The notes: generated by a model from the sequence alone, not told the origin. DNA of 63,609 bases, filler included, from Octopus bimaculoides (GCF_001194135.2; 5 parts of 3 records of this genome joined end to end with filler, not necessarily neighbours in it), one strand, 5' to 3'. Counted from the first letter of the whole stretch, positions 14,711 through 28,331 are shown. Made by a program: numbers and translations.

Positions 14711-14815
14711 CTCTTTCTTTCTTTCTTTCTTTCTTTCTTACTTTTTTTCTTTCTTTCTTTCTTTCTGTCTTTCTTTCCCCCTTTTGTTTTTCTCTTCCGT
14801 TCTCGCTCTCACTCC

Positions 14816-14882
<67 letters not shown>
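14645..14882. repeat. Compound (TTTC)n and (CT)n microsatellite
   Basis: Directly visible; source of the SFFL/ERKK/SL ORFs. Confidence 0.95.
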
Positions 14883-14885
<3 letters not shown>

Positions 14886-15561
14886 CTTTCTCAAACAAGA
14901 ATTCATTTTCTTCTTCAATATTATTTTTGGGTGCTTATTCGCTTCTTACCAAGCTTCTAGTTACCATTTCTAGCCGGAGGAGAGCAACACTTAAACAGCC
15001 CTTCAGTTTATGTTTGTTATGTTTGTTGGTTATTAAATGAAAAGCTCATTGTTAGTCCTCCCTCTCTAATAATCACTTTGGTCTGTCTACATGTCGCTTT
15101 GGTTATCCTCACACTTGTGCACTTCCATTCACTCATTTCTCTCCATCTCTGTCGCTTAGTTTTTATATTTTATTTCTACATTTCAAATGGCTTTCCTGTT
15201 GTAACAGCATCATGTACACACACACTTAGACATAAATACACCGACAGTCTTTCTTCACTCTCTGTATGCATGCATTCATCGTTGATTCTTTCTCACTCCA
15301 CACACACACACACACACACACACATACAAATACACATACAACACACCACACATACACACACATACAAATGCACATACATCTCACCACACACACACATACA
15401 CGCACACGGTCCATGATCCTACTACGAATCAAGTGGTGCAAGAGAACATCAGGTAACAGTCCTAAGTGATGATGAAAAAGCAGTTCATGTCCCACAAGAG
15501 CCGCTAGAACCATTCTATCATATGAACATCCCAGCATCTTGTGAGAAAGTGTTCTCGTTAA

Positions 15562-15599
<38 letters not shown>

Positions 15600-16177
15600 A
15601 GAAGAAAATGGAGATTGGGAAGTTAATAATTGTTTATTATTAACAGTAAATTAATCATCATCTCTTACAGCTGTTTCAATTAATACTCAGTAAACATTAA
15701 GTAAATATTACATTTATATGACCCGAGCATATTTTCAGAGGTGGGGAATATACCCTTGGATGTTTTATATGCGTTTATGGATTCATTATGGCAGACTGAA
15801 TGATACGGTTTATGATTTGTATTGTTATATGTTCGGGCGAGCGGTTTACAGGTTGACCTGGGATAAGGGAGAGTAGGTAAATAGAATTAGAACAATAAAT
15901 GAATGAATTAGATAGAGATGATAGAGGAACTTTAAATACAAATAAGGTAAGTTTATAGTTAATAAAAAATGGAATATTCGTTTACAAGGTATAAATAAAT
16001 TATGAAAATTTGTATGTATGCAAGTACGCACTATATATATATATATAAACACATACATAGATGTATCCGTACGTATATATACACAGAGGCACACGCATAT
16101 ACTCACACATATACGTACATCCACACGTACACACATATCCCCGAATATATGTATATACGTATATATACATATACACG

Positions 16178-16344
16178 AAAAACAGTAATCATCAGATGAA
16201 ACGTAATTTTACAAACAAAAGAATATCCCAAGATATTCTTGCATTTTATTGTTAGCCTCGACAGACTCAATCTACGTCCCTGCTGTATTCTTGGGATATT
16301 CTTATGCTTGTAAAATTACGTTTCAACTTATGATTACGGTTTTT
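16178..16344. repeat. Foldback / MITE-like inverted repeat, about 55-bp arms
   Basis: The core gaaacgtaattttacaaacaaaagaatatcccaaga matches the reverse complement of the right arm at 34/36; arms 16178-16233 and 16289-16344. Confidence 0.75.
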
Positions 16345-16501
16345 TTGTAATGGAGTAATGTTCTCATTCTTCTATTAAAAAATTATGTAAGAAACAGCTG
16401 TAATGATCTGATAATAATCCATCGTCAGTTATTATTCATTTGATTATAATATACCAAGGGAATTTACGACTTGTCGGACACCCTAGAGTATACCAAACAC
16501 A

Positions 16502-16542
<41 letters not shown>

Positions 16543-16699
16543 NNNNNNNNNNNNNNNNNNNNNNNNNNNNNNNNNNNNNNNNNNNNNNNNNNNNNNNNNN
16601 NNNNNNNNNNNNNNNNNNNNNNNNNNNNNNNNNNNNNNNNNNTGTTTTTATCCGTTTATTTACTGCAGGAACTTTGTAGAGGCGGTTGGGGTAACTGTT

Positions 16700-17967
16700 A
16701 ATAAGATAGATGATAGAATGTATAATAGAGGTCGTATTTTGTCTTCGCTTCCTTAAGCCCGTGATGTTACATATCGTTTAAGGATATTTCGAAAACTGAC
16801 GATGTGGTTGCGGTATCGATGCCCCGATATATACGTAGGAGCCTCCTCTAGTATTTATAGTGCACTTGTATACCACGTTCTTAGTCATACACTGGTTATC
16901 CAAAGAACAATTGGATCTATCTCTGCATTAGCATAACTGTTTGATTGTGTTGGCTTGTGTACATCGAGCGCTGGAGGGATTGGTTCTGTTTGGTATGTTG
17001 GCTGTCAATGTTATCGTTTTATTATCACTATTTGTAGGTGTTCTCAGTTTATCATTTTAATTGTTGTTGGTGCTATTTGTTGGATGGTTATCATGGATAT
17101 TGTAATTACTGCTCTATTGGTTGACAGCATAATTCGAGTTATAAACGTTGTCTTTAGGTTGGTCATATGATTTATAGTTGATGTCGTGAAGGTTATTTTG
17201 AATGCTGACTAATCTTCGCTTCCGTTTACGGTTGTTAATCCTATGAATATGGTGTTCTAAGTTTGATGAATTTGCATAGGATAGTTTTATAATGTGACGG
17301 TTAAATATTTTACTGTACACTCCATTTTTAGGGAAGCAGCGATCAAGTGTGTTGAAAAGTTGTTTTGCGATCTTAGAGGAGATGTTGGAGCTCCAGACTG
17401 AGTTATACCAAAGGACGTCATGGTTTTTATATTTTCGGTTAGGTCTGTTTGTCTGGGTGCTTGGAGCGGCAATTGGATTTTGTGGTGTTAGGTGTTTAAT
17501 TTACAAGTTTTCCCTAACTCATAGTTGATCCTACTGTGTATAGATTTGGTTAGTCTTATCTTATGGTTTGGGATTCTACTATCAAAATTTTTGATTTGTG
17601 TGTGTAGTTATTATTGTTTTTGGTAAGATTCTTATAATGAATCGTTAGTTGAGTTATAAGAGTTATCATTATTACTACTACTGGCATATTGGATTTTCTC
17701 AGGGTTTCTGGCCTTAGCTAAGGCTGAGTTGTAATGAGGTGCGTGTATGTTGAATATATTTTCATTTGCGGATAACCTGGATATTCTAGCCGCGATATTA
17801 TTAACGAGTCCTTTAATTATTGATGGTGGATGATTAGATTCAACTTTGACATATTTTAGGTTCTCATTAGGTTTATGAAACAGTTCGTGTAGGCCAGTAT
17901 CCAAATCAAAAGTAGCGCCTAAAAAGTCGACTCTACGGTATTCATTGATTATAGTGATGGAGAATCC
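16700..17967 (-). mobile_element. Penelope-like element relic: RT C-terminus/thumb, linker and GIY-YIG endonuclease, disrupted
   Basis: Translations GFSITIINEYRRVDFLGATFDLDTG...KPN...ESNHPPSII, WYNSVWSSN...FPKNGVYSKIFNRHIIKLSY and CMTKNVVYKCTINTRGGSYVYIGAS match PLE hallmarks; multiple stops and frameshifts. Confidence 0.85.
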
Positions 17968-17974
17968 ATATATA

Positions 17975-18019
<45 letters not shown>

Positions 18020-18247
18020 ATTTAAAGATTGTGCAAAATAGTTATGGTAAATAGGTGAAATCTCGTATAGCTGTTTCTAGAGTAGTTAAGAAGGTGGAGG
18101 ATGCGTTATTGAATAAGTATTTCCACGTAAGCTAAGTATTCCGTCATTTGAGAGAGAGAAATAAATAACGAATATCCTTACGCAAGAATATTATGGCTAT
18201 CAGTTTGTTGAATAACTAAAGAGTGTCCAAAGTAGAAATATAATATA

Positions 18248-18645
18248 TCAGGCTGAAGAAAAGTAAGCAATATGAAATTTATCACAATATATTTCAACAA
18301 TACGGAAATTTTATTCATCAAAGTAATTACTTTTAGAATCAACACATTTTTGCCAACGAGTTGCAAGTTTGTTTATTCCGGTAACATAAAAATCTGGAGC
18401 TCTGGAGCTGATGAACTCTTTGAAAGCACCTTCAGCATCAGCTTAATCTTGGAACTTCTCTTGCAGGAAACCATCAGGGTGCTTGAAAAAGTGGTAGTCG
18501 GTAGGAGAAAGGTCTGGGGAATACACTGGGTGGGGAAGAACTTCGTAGCCAAGTTCGCTTAACTTCTGGAGAGTCATTAGTGAAACGTGTGGTCCAGCAT
18601 TGTCATGAAGAATGATTGGCCCTCATCTGTTGATCAGTCTGGTCA
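18248..18645 (-). mobile_element. Mariner relic: 3' third of a DD34D transposase plus 3' TIR
   Basis: GPIILHDNAGPHVSLMTLQKLSELGYEVLPHPVYSPDLSPTDYHFFKH...RWQKCVDSKSNYFDE*; the terminus reads TA|tcaggctgaagaaaag on the + strand. Confidence 0.85.
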
Positions 18646-18713
18646 ATAACAACAACAACAACAACATCGAAAAATACCTTAGGAATGAGAACCCAGGTTC
18701 GAAATTTCCCCAA

Positions 18714-18759
18714 GACACCTGATGAAGGCTTGGAGGGTATATCAGCCGAACGTTGTGCT
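18714..18759 (+). ncRNA. Degenerate minimal type I hammerhead ribozyme motif (PLE-type)
   Basis: gacac-CUGAUGA-A-GGCU(u)G...CAGCC-GAA(A missing)CGUU-gugcu. Stem II pairs; stem I has 4/5 pairs. A truncated copy of the same family starts at 43134. Confidence 0.55.
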
Positions 18760-19733
18760 AACAACAAACGAGATGAGGGCAAATATCCGTCAAAATGTAA
18801 ATAATGTAAATAATGAAAATAAGTATCAGTTGAGCATTGGGGTCAATGTAACGGCTGGCCCTCTTCCACAAAATTTCAAGCTTTGGGCCTATAATAGAAA
18901 TAAATATTTTTAATTCTAGATCAAAAATGATCGTAAGACTTGTTTTAGCTCTGAATACTCGTGAAGTTAAGACTACGTTTTCCGATGTTTCTTTCCATTT
19001 CGCTTTTTCAGGTCAGCAATGATCTAGCAGACGTACGACCTTCCCGTTTTTTCTGTACACAGTCTATCTAGGACAACATTTACTGACATGTGCTTCATGT
19101 TTAGCTTAGTGATAATCGAATAAACAGTCTTTTAATCATCACTACCCGTTTTCCCATACAGAGTGAATATAGGAGCTTATTCTCCGATGACTTCCCTTTT
19201 TAAACTAAGATGAAAGTGTGTGATTATATGAAAGAAATTTGGCTGTTACTTCTAGCACGTAAAGCATCCATGCAGAGAATCCCTCGTTGGCCGCGTCGGC
19301 CTCATTGGCTCAAGGTGGTTTAGTAATTTATTTGACCTCCATTGTTCAGCATGGTTTTCAATAAATCGCCACGGAAGTATTAATTATTTTTTCTTACAAA
19401 CCGAAAAACGTCTGACAGATTCAGATGAAAGGGCTAAAACATTGTGTCGTTCCGGCTTATATAAAGTAGCTTCAACATATCCCATAGCACACACACAAAC
19501 ACACATCTACACGCACACACGCCCGCCCGCCCGCACGCATGCACGCATGCACACACACACACACATATATATATGTATATATATACACATACACACCCGC
19601 ATATATGCACACATAGAAGTACACAAAAATGTGTATACATACAAACAGAAATACACACATACATACACATATGCACACACATGCATAAATCTGCATACTT
19701 ATATATTCGCACACACATACGCACACACACATT

Positions 19734-19781
<48 letters not shown>

Positions 19782-20982
19782 CACACACGTACGCACATAT
19801 ATTCACATATCAGAGTTTCTTTCCAAGTAGAAGCCCATTCAATTCAAGTCAAGTGAAATGGCTTCACCGGAAATTGAAACCGGTTCGTGGACTCAGTTCA
19901 CCAAGAAATGACGGTTATTTTTCGGCATTCGCCACTAGAATTGTTTAATAATACACATTATGATCACCTCCAGTCACTTTTTTCTTTGATGTTACAGCTT
20001 TGAAGGAAAGTTTGTATTTAATAAATCACATTTTGTTTTGAGCTGTTTCATCTTAACTTTCTTGGAGAGCCAATTGGGTGTGTTTTACCATTGGCTATTT
20101 CCATTGTAACTCTATCGTCTGCTTCGATCAATTCACACTATCGCCTGCTATTCTGTAAATTTTAAATGATTATTTAGACAATGCATTATGCTACATATTC
20201 ACAATTTTGTACAGAGCTCTATTAAATAGCAGAGAATATGGTTGTTATCGAAGGGGATGTGGGTTAGATTGCTGAATTCAATGTTCAAAGGGAGACAGGA
20301 AATAGTTGATTTTTTTTTTGTCATCAGTGTTTCCTGACTCTATCACTATCATTCTGAGCGCTAAAGCAATTCTTGTCAAAAGTCTCTTTTTGCTCTTGTA
20401 TCCTCTCTGCTATCGTGTGAATGTATGTACAATCGTGTTGTGTATGAATGTATTTGAGTGCATTAGAACCTTTTACACTTTAGTGAGCACACTAATGTTT
20501 ATCCAACTAGGTTACATCAGCCTAAATAGAAGCAGGTAGATTGCTTCAGCTTAGCAGGAAGACGAAGGCGTTATAACAGAGACAATATGAAGGTAAAACC
20601 CCTGAAACCAAGTTCAGCGTTACATTTATTAGTAGTGGTTGTTGTTAGGTTCCTTACACTGGAGTTTAGTGACCAAATGTTATGGCTTTGTTGAAGAGGT
20701 GAAGGACTAAAAACGATGAGAATAATATCATATGCCGAAAGCAATGTATGATAGTTACTAAATCATGAATAGTCGAGTACCATTAGTCGAATTCTGTTTG
20801 AATATCAAGTACTTCCAAAATGTCTCTAGTTACCTTGAGTAACTTCTATAATAATCAATGAACTTGTATTAGATACAGGGGTATTATTTTTGTTTGTTTT
20901 GTTCTTTTGCAAATAGGAACGAGTGTAATCACTTGCGTTTAAAGATGAAAAATGTATGCGTGTGTGTGCGTGTGTATGTGTG

Positions 20983-21022
<40 letters not shown>

Positions 21023-21443
21023 TGTGTGTGTGTGTGTATGTATGTGTGTGTGTGTTTTATGCACGCCTGAATGCTTGTTACATACGTATGAATTTCCATG
21101 TGTGTGCTGCGTGCATTAAATTTTATGTTGCAGGATTTGAGGAACTGAGGAAAAAAAACTCGGCTCCGGGGTTTGCTTTATGCATTTTGTGTAAGGAGAA
21201 TCAAGAACGTTCTTCAAGTAAAACCATGTATCTCTCTTTATTCCACTATACGCCTGCTCTTTAACATTTTCTTTCTTCTTTCTAGTACTATTAAACCATT
21301 AGTCATAATGGTTTTTATTCTTATAGCTTTGAGGGCTCATTCAGTATTCTTCAATGATGCAGCGTATCATGAGGAATTTCTTAAACATGTGTGTGTGTCT
21401 GTGTGTGTGTGTGTGAGAGAGAGAAAGAGAGAGAGAGAGAAAT

Positions 21444-21478
<35 letters not shown>

Positions 21479-22414
21479 AATAGAGAGAGAGAGAGAGAAA
21501 TAGAGAGAGAGAAAGTGTGTGTGTGTGTGTGTGTGTGTGTGTATTTACGTGTTTTATTGTAATTGTATTTGTCGTTATACTCGTTATTGTTGGTGTTAAT
21601 TGTTTGGGTGCCAATTTATCGCTCCTATCATCATACTTTGTAAATGTCTGCCCACATCAGTTTAATCAACTGGGTCCTGCAAGTCATCGATGTATGCATG
21701 CATCTTGTTAACATTAAAACAAACAGAAGTAAAAACAACAACACCGATAATGAATTTATAAAGAAATACAAATAAAAGATAACCGCAAGGAAACAAAACT
21801 AGAGTAGCCAGAAATTAATTTGTATTGCAAACTATAGCTTTAATATGGTTATGAAGTTTTAGTTACTTAAATCTGTGTAAAAGGTTGCATTTCCTAATCT
21901 TTGCTAAAACAATTTAAAATGTAGAATTTTAAGAGATCGTTTTCAAAGAAAAGAAAAGGAAAATTTCGCTGGAGGTTTATACTCTGAAAGGTCAAGTTGA
22001 AAATATTTATTCTACGGTTACAATATCATCAAAATATTTCAGATGAAAAAATTATATTCTTTTAGCTATTAATGAATGTATAGAAATGTTGAAGGTTGCG
22101 GCGTTGGAATATCATACTATGAAGCAAAGGATCGACGGTTCACATCTCGTCACTGGGGCTGAGTTGTGTTCAGAACTAAAGTGCTTCTCACTTGTTGGAT
22201 CAACTGATTTATCTTATAATAGATACTATCTATCTTGTAATAGGTACCATGCATGAACCTCTTAGCAGGTAATTCGTTATAATATAATCCAACGTGTCCT
22301 TTCCAGGATATCACAATAGGAGTAGAAAGAAGAATTGTAATTTCGATTACATTGTCATTCAGAGAAAGAGAAGATTAGAATAGTTTCCAAGAAGTCGAGA
22401 ACACAACCCTACCC

Positions 22415-22509
<95 letters not shown>

Positions 22510-24147
22510 ACATACACACACATACTTGCATATAGTTTGAGAAATTTCTCTGAAACAAAATATTACAGCTAGTGTCGTTCCACGATTGTATACACATTAT
22601 TGATGATATACATACCTGTATTTTAATCTAAGGCTGTTTCAAGTGTGTCTATTAATTTAATTCTAGCTTCGTTAGCCTTCGCACAAATCAGTAAATGTTT
22701 TGTTTATTGACTTCTATACCAGGACCAACATTTTCGACTATGCATCACTGAGGAGATTAAAACACTGTGTTTTGCGATCTACCGGTGTTCTGAGCAACAT
22801 CCTGTGTTTTTTAACATAAAAGGCTCTTTGTGAAGATTCTCCGCCTCAAAATATTACACTCAGTGCCGTTCCGTGTTTGTATATACTTTACAAATGTAAT
22901 ACAAACCGGTATTTTAATTTAAAACCGTTTCAAGTTCCTATTATATATATGTATATCCTGTCACATATGAGGGAAAGGTACAGACATCGTAACTTTTAGG
23001 GCTCCATGTTTACTCAAAGCTAGTGGGACTGATCGCCCATTGGTGGTTAATCTAATCGAGGAAATTCAAAAGTTGGCTCATATGTTTGTACTAATAATAT
23101 CAACAAACGAGGTTGGTTGGCGGATTGACAAAATTAATAAAATAGTGCCAGTGTTCAATTACTCCATCAACGTTCTCAGTTCAAATCTAGCAATGGTCAG
23201 CTGTGGGGATATGTGCTGCCTTGTGGTTGTATTTGGAATCAATATTTGACATGCCATGTGTTCCTCTGAACGTGTTTTAGTTCTTTACACATATTTTGCT
23301 GTGTAAATATTATGAAAATTCATGATAGTATTTCCAGTCAGATTCTAACTACGCTAGCACTAGGTTATTCGAGTAAGGAAAATATACTAAACTGAGCCAA
23401 AGTGGGAACCTCGACCCACCACTCAAATAATCGGAAATAGCAATCGAATCCCCTTCAGTCAAACTCTACAATATCAAACAACGAAGGACACAATCAATGA
23501 TTTAGTCCTAGATACGCTATGATAATAAAATAACTGAATGATCACAGGTGTAGAATTAGAGTTGGGGTTAGAAAACAGCATAAGCTTGAGTGATTAAGAA
23601 GTTCACTTCTAAACTATGAGGTCTCAGTTTCGATCGCACTATGTAACATCTTGAGCAAGAACGATAGCGTCAGGTTGACCTAAGCCTTGTGAATGAATTT
23701 GGGTAAACAAAAATTGTATACAAGCTCATCGGATAGACTATACTTGTAATTCAAAGAAGACACCTTGTCACATACAGAATCAATGCGGATTCCATCTGAG
23801 AAATACGTTGCGAAATATGTCATTTGAATGCTCAACCACTTCGTGCCTTAATCCAACGAGTAGGCTGTCCAGTTGAAAGAATAATTGGATGCTCGAGATC
23901 GACGTAAGATTCATCATATTCTTGGAAACATAAGTTTTTGTTCAGGGAAGATATGAATTTTGAAGTCCGGGTACCTTTCATTGCAACACGTCAACTGATA
24001 TGACATTGACGAATTTATTAATTGGGATATATATTTATTTGATTAAATGACTCAGAAAATTCCTGATTTCCTCGAATTCTTGAAATGTTTCTTTTCCTAT
24101 AAATTGTAGCAATCAATTTAAGTGGTTCACTTTCAAATAATATACAC

Positions 24148-24338
24148 CAGTGCTCCGCAACCTTTTTTTCACTGGCGGTGCACTCATATTCTTTTCAAAA
24201 TTCGAATTAAAATCATCTGTACGAAAATTATAACTAAAAGTATAAAGAAAAAAATATATATTCGGGTTATACTGCAGCACACCTAGCATCGTCTCATGGC
24301 ACGCCAGCGTGTCACGGAATACACGTTGCGGAGTACTG
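24148..24338. mobile_element. hAT (Charlie-like) MITE, 191 bp
   Basis: 14-bp TIRs cagtgctccgcaac / gttgcggagtactg (13/14); 8-bp flanks atatacac / atatgtac (6/8) fit a decayed TSD. Confidence 0.7.
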
Positions 24339-25054
24339 ATATGTACAACCTCGGTGTCTGCTACTATCCCAATGAAATGCCTTCGTTATTTAAGACTGTA
24401 CGGTATGACTGAAAGGCACGCGGTTGCTATTTCCAATCTGAGGCTCCTACGTTGGCTCAGTTCACTATGTTACCCTTATTCAGTGAAGAGAGGGTCCACT
24501 AAAAAAAAAAAAAAAAAAACTAGAGTGAATCAGCGAACGGGCAGAATTCTTTGAACTGTCTTGCAATATTTATTTCGATTCTCTTCGTTCAAATCTCGCT
24601 GTTGTCAAATTTACATTTCTTTCTTTCGAGATCCATAGACAAAGTGCCAATCAAGTATTGTGGGGCGTGTCTTCTTTCTTCTCCATTTCACTCCTTGAAA
24701 ACTGTATTTGTTGTGAGAGGCTGTGAGAAGGCCGAGAGAAACGATTCACAGTATCTGGTACGTCAAAAAGGGTTAAGAGAGCTTACTGAGGTCTTCAGAG
24801 ATAAAAACAAAACAACAAAAACACCCACCTTTGATCCCTTTCCTCCACACCCATCTCGATCACATCCCTTTTAATCTTTTTCGATAACTCATTTACTTTA
24901 TGTCACACCACGTGATATCAATACAATCTTCTGCTTTTAACCAAGGTCCGGCAAAGGTGAAAGATAAAAATCGATCCTGTAACGATTGGAATCCGAAATG
25001 TAAAGAGACGTAACTAAAATACTACTTTCTTCTTAGCTTCCAAAGAATTATTAA

Positions 25055-25427
25055 TTTCAAATGTTGGCACAAGGCCAGCAATTTCGGGGGAGGGGGATAA
25101 GTCATTTGCATCGATCCCAGCGTTCACCTGGTATTTATTTCATCGACTCCGAAAGGATGAAAGGCAAAGACGACGTTGGCAGAAATTGAACTCAGAACGT
25201 AAAGATAAACGAAATACCGCTGAGCATTTCGCCCGGTGTGCTAGCGTTTCTTATTTCTTTATTGCTCACAAGGGGCTAAACATAGAGGGTACAGACAAGG
25301 ACAGACAAAGGGATTAAGTCGATTACATCGACCCCAGTGCGTAACTTGTACTTAATTTATCGACCCCGAAAGGATGAAAGGCAAAGGCGGAATTTGAACT
25401 CAGAACGTAGCGGCAGACGAAATACCG
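25055..25427 (-). mobile_element. Two nested SINE family C units (standard tail 25055-25251; unit with alternative aataaagaaat tail 25252-25427)
   Basis: Each unit has the B-box-like gttca(a/t)..tc and the ctttgcctttcatcctttcgg core; the junction reads aataaagaaata|agaaacg on the minus strand. Confidence 0.85.
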
Positions 25428-27150
25428 ATTTCTTTATTACCCATAAAGGGCTATACATAATATTTTTAAGACATCACAAAACATAAAGACTGTACAAAAC
25501 GCAAACATAAAATCGGGGTAATTAAAATAAAAATGATAATATGCAAGAATGAAAAAAATGAGGCGCAATGTCCACTCGATCCCCAAAGTCGGGTGGTTAC
25601 ATTTATCCAGTTTTTCATTTTTACGTTCAACATCATGTAAACATTTTAACGGTTTTGTAACTCAAAAAATTCAAACACTCGCGTTACCTTTCTTCCATTA
25701 ATCATTGTTACGTCCGTCCTTAACAACTGCAAATAATCAGTTCTACGGGGTGGTGTCTCCACCAACCATATCCGTTTCGTCATTATAATTTCACCAAGTT
25801 CTACGCGCTCCCAGCAGCCTTCCTCAGGTATCAAAATGCATCTATCAGCACATTTCTCTGACATTTTCAATCTTATTACTTCTCCCAACCTCTCGACCCT
25901 TCTCTCCATCTGCTCGAAATTCTCGTACTTTATCAAGACCCCTTTGTATTTCACATCTTTATCCGTTCTCTCCTCTTCTTGTAACATTATTAGTTTCTGG
26001 CTTTTTTTTATATCTCTCTTTTGTTTTCTGTTGACCGTTCCTTTGACTTATTTTTCCTTCGCTTTTTAGGGTTAGTAGCTCCATTTTCGTTCTTCTCCTT
26101 TGTTTTCTCTGTTTCACACTTCTGTCTCTCTTTTATTTCCTCAGTGTGGTCTACAATTTTTTCTTCCTCTGCTTGTGCTTTCTCTTGCTGTGACTGTGTG
26201 AACTCATATAGGGGGCATTTGGTTTTCATATGACCTCTCTCCCCGCATATATAACAATTTGGTTTTCTTCCCTCGACTACGACATTTAACGTTTTCTCGT
26301 CCTCCACTTCTATCTGGTAGGGANNNNNNNNNNNNNNNNNNNNNNNNNNNNNNNNNNNNNNNNNNNNNNNNNNNNNNNNNNNNNNNNNNNNNNNNNNNNN
26401 NNNNNNNNNNNNNNNNNNNNNNNNNNNNNNNNNNNNNNNNNNNNNNNNNNNNNNNNNNNNNNNNNNNNNNNNNNNNNNNNNNNNNNNNNNNNNNNNNNNN
26501 NNNNNNNNNNNNNNNNNNNNNNNNNNNNNNNNNNNNNNNNNNNNNNNNNNNNNNNNNNGTAACTCTGGGAATTCGTATTTTCACACTTCTTCCTCTATAA
26601 CTTGGTAGTAATGCTATTTTCTCACTTCTTAATATGTTGGTTGCATGCTTGGTTGCCTCTTCTATAGTGGCGAACCTCACCTCTACCGTACCGAACTTTC
26701 TTCCTCTGTTGATGTCCGTGGCTTCATTGACAATTTCACCCAGGCACTCCTCGATTTCCTCTTCCGTCACCATTTCAATTTTACCGGTTTCGACAGCCTG
26801 TGTACGATACACTACTGTCCTCAGAATTTTATTTTCTTTAGTCTCTTTTGGGGGGACACAATTTGTATGAGTCTCCCTCAACTTCTATCAAATTCCTGCA
26901 GCTGGTCACCTCTTCCATATCCAACTTGATTAACTTGGTTTCTAGCGGCACTGGCTTCCTCACCGCAATGGCTTTGGCGTAGCTCTCCATACTGGAGACA
27001 CTACCACTTGCCATAGCTGGGAAAAATGCAGCGGCTCACGTGAAATGCAACCGTAATAATTCCACAAAAATCACAATTATTCACCGAGACAGTTTTCACG
27101 AAGTAACACAACAGTATTCACAATAATTCACAATAATTCACGGAGACGTT
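25428..27150 (-). mobile_element. Gag/ORF1-only non-LTR element (L1/Tx1-type ORF1; HAL1-like), frameshifted
   Basis: ATG at 27014 (MASGSVSSMESYAKAIAV...); RRM-like segment (GTVEVRFATIEEA); CCHC knuckle CYICGERGHMKTKC at 26215-26256; basic/acidic tail. The last ORF piece stops at 25646, followed by about 220 nt ending aataaagaaat. No APE or RT. An N gap lies at 26324-26558. Confidence 0.75.
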
Positions 27151-27389
27151 ATACCTCGAAGCGTTTCGCCCGGCGTACTAACGTTTCTTATTTCTTTATT
27201 GCCCACAAGGAGCTAAATACAGAGGGGACAAACAAGGACAGACAAAGGGCGTGACTGGTACTTAATTTATCGACCCCAAAAGGGTGAAAGGCAAAGTCGA
27301 CCTCGGCGGAGTTTGAACTCAGAACGTAACGGCAGACGAAATACCGCTAAGCATTTCGCCGGCGTGCTAACGTTTCTGCCAGTTCGCCG
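27151..27389 (-). mobile_element. SINE family C unit with alternative tail, plus the 5' stub of the head interrupted by the Gag element
   Basis: Full head ggcgaactggcagaaacgttagcacgcc...gttcaaactcc; tail ...tccttgtgggcaataaagaaata, then agaaacgttagtacgccgggcgaaacgctt up to the insertion. Confidence 0.85.
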
Positions 27390-28295
27390 ACCCTTCAAAG
27401 AATATTGACTTACTTCATACGACAGTTGTGTGATTATAAAGTTCACTTCACAACCACATAGACTGCGTTCGATTTCATTGCGCAGCACCTTCGGTACGTT
27501 TTCATTTTCTACCATAGCCTAAACGACTAAAGTATCAGAAGTGAAACTGTGGTGTAGAAGCCTGTTTGTGTACACACACACACCGGTGTGGAAGTGCAAA
27601 AATGGGTCAAAGGAAATACCTTCTGGTAGTTAATCCGTTTTTCTTAATCCTTTACGCGTCAGTCGACATTGGGTTACCTTCATCTACAACAACAATAGAT
27701 TAGGTACTGGTCAAAATATTGCGGTTGAAATAAATCGCAAAATAAAAAAGAAAACTTTAAAGCCGATGCTGTATCGTAGCCGCAGTTTAATGACTCAAAC
27801 AAGTAAATTGAGCAAGACGCCAGCAAATTATTTTTGGATGAGTATACTGAGTATATTAAATAATATGGATCCCAATATTAATCGGAATCTACTTATCGAT
27901 CTCTGAACCATAAAAGATAAAATCGATACAAGTAGGATTTGAACTCAGAACATATTAAAACGTAACTAAAAACTCATTTTCAGTTTCCTCATTCTTTCCT
28001 CTATAATTTCTTTCGTCCCATCCTCCGCCATTTTATTTATCTCTTCATCTATGTTCCCCATCTTACTCCTCCACCTCCTCCTCCTTCTCCTTTATCGCAT
28101 ACATTCTAACAGAGAAAGTCTCGGTAGGTCGGGCTTGCGGCTGCGAGCGAACTAAGTAAAGCCATCAAGATACTATTTATTCTGTAATTTTTTTTCCTTC
28201 CTTCCTTGACTTCGATGTTTCTAGACGCTATGGCAATCAATCAAATCACACACACAGACACTTATACACATACACGCACTCATATACGCACGCGT

Positions 28296-28331
<36 letters not shown>

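Noticed and set aside
27300-27389. tRNA genes at SINE heads
   Set aside because: A/B-box-like motifs are present, but there is no complete cloverleaf and they continue into SINE bodies.
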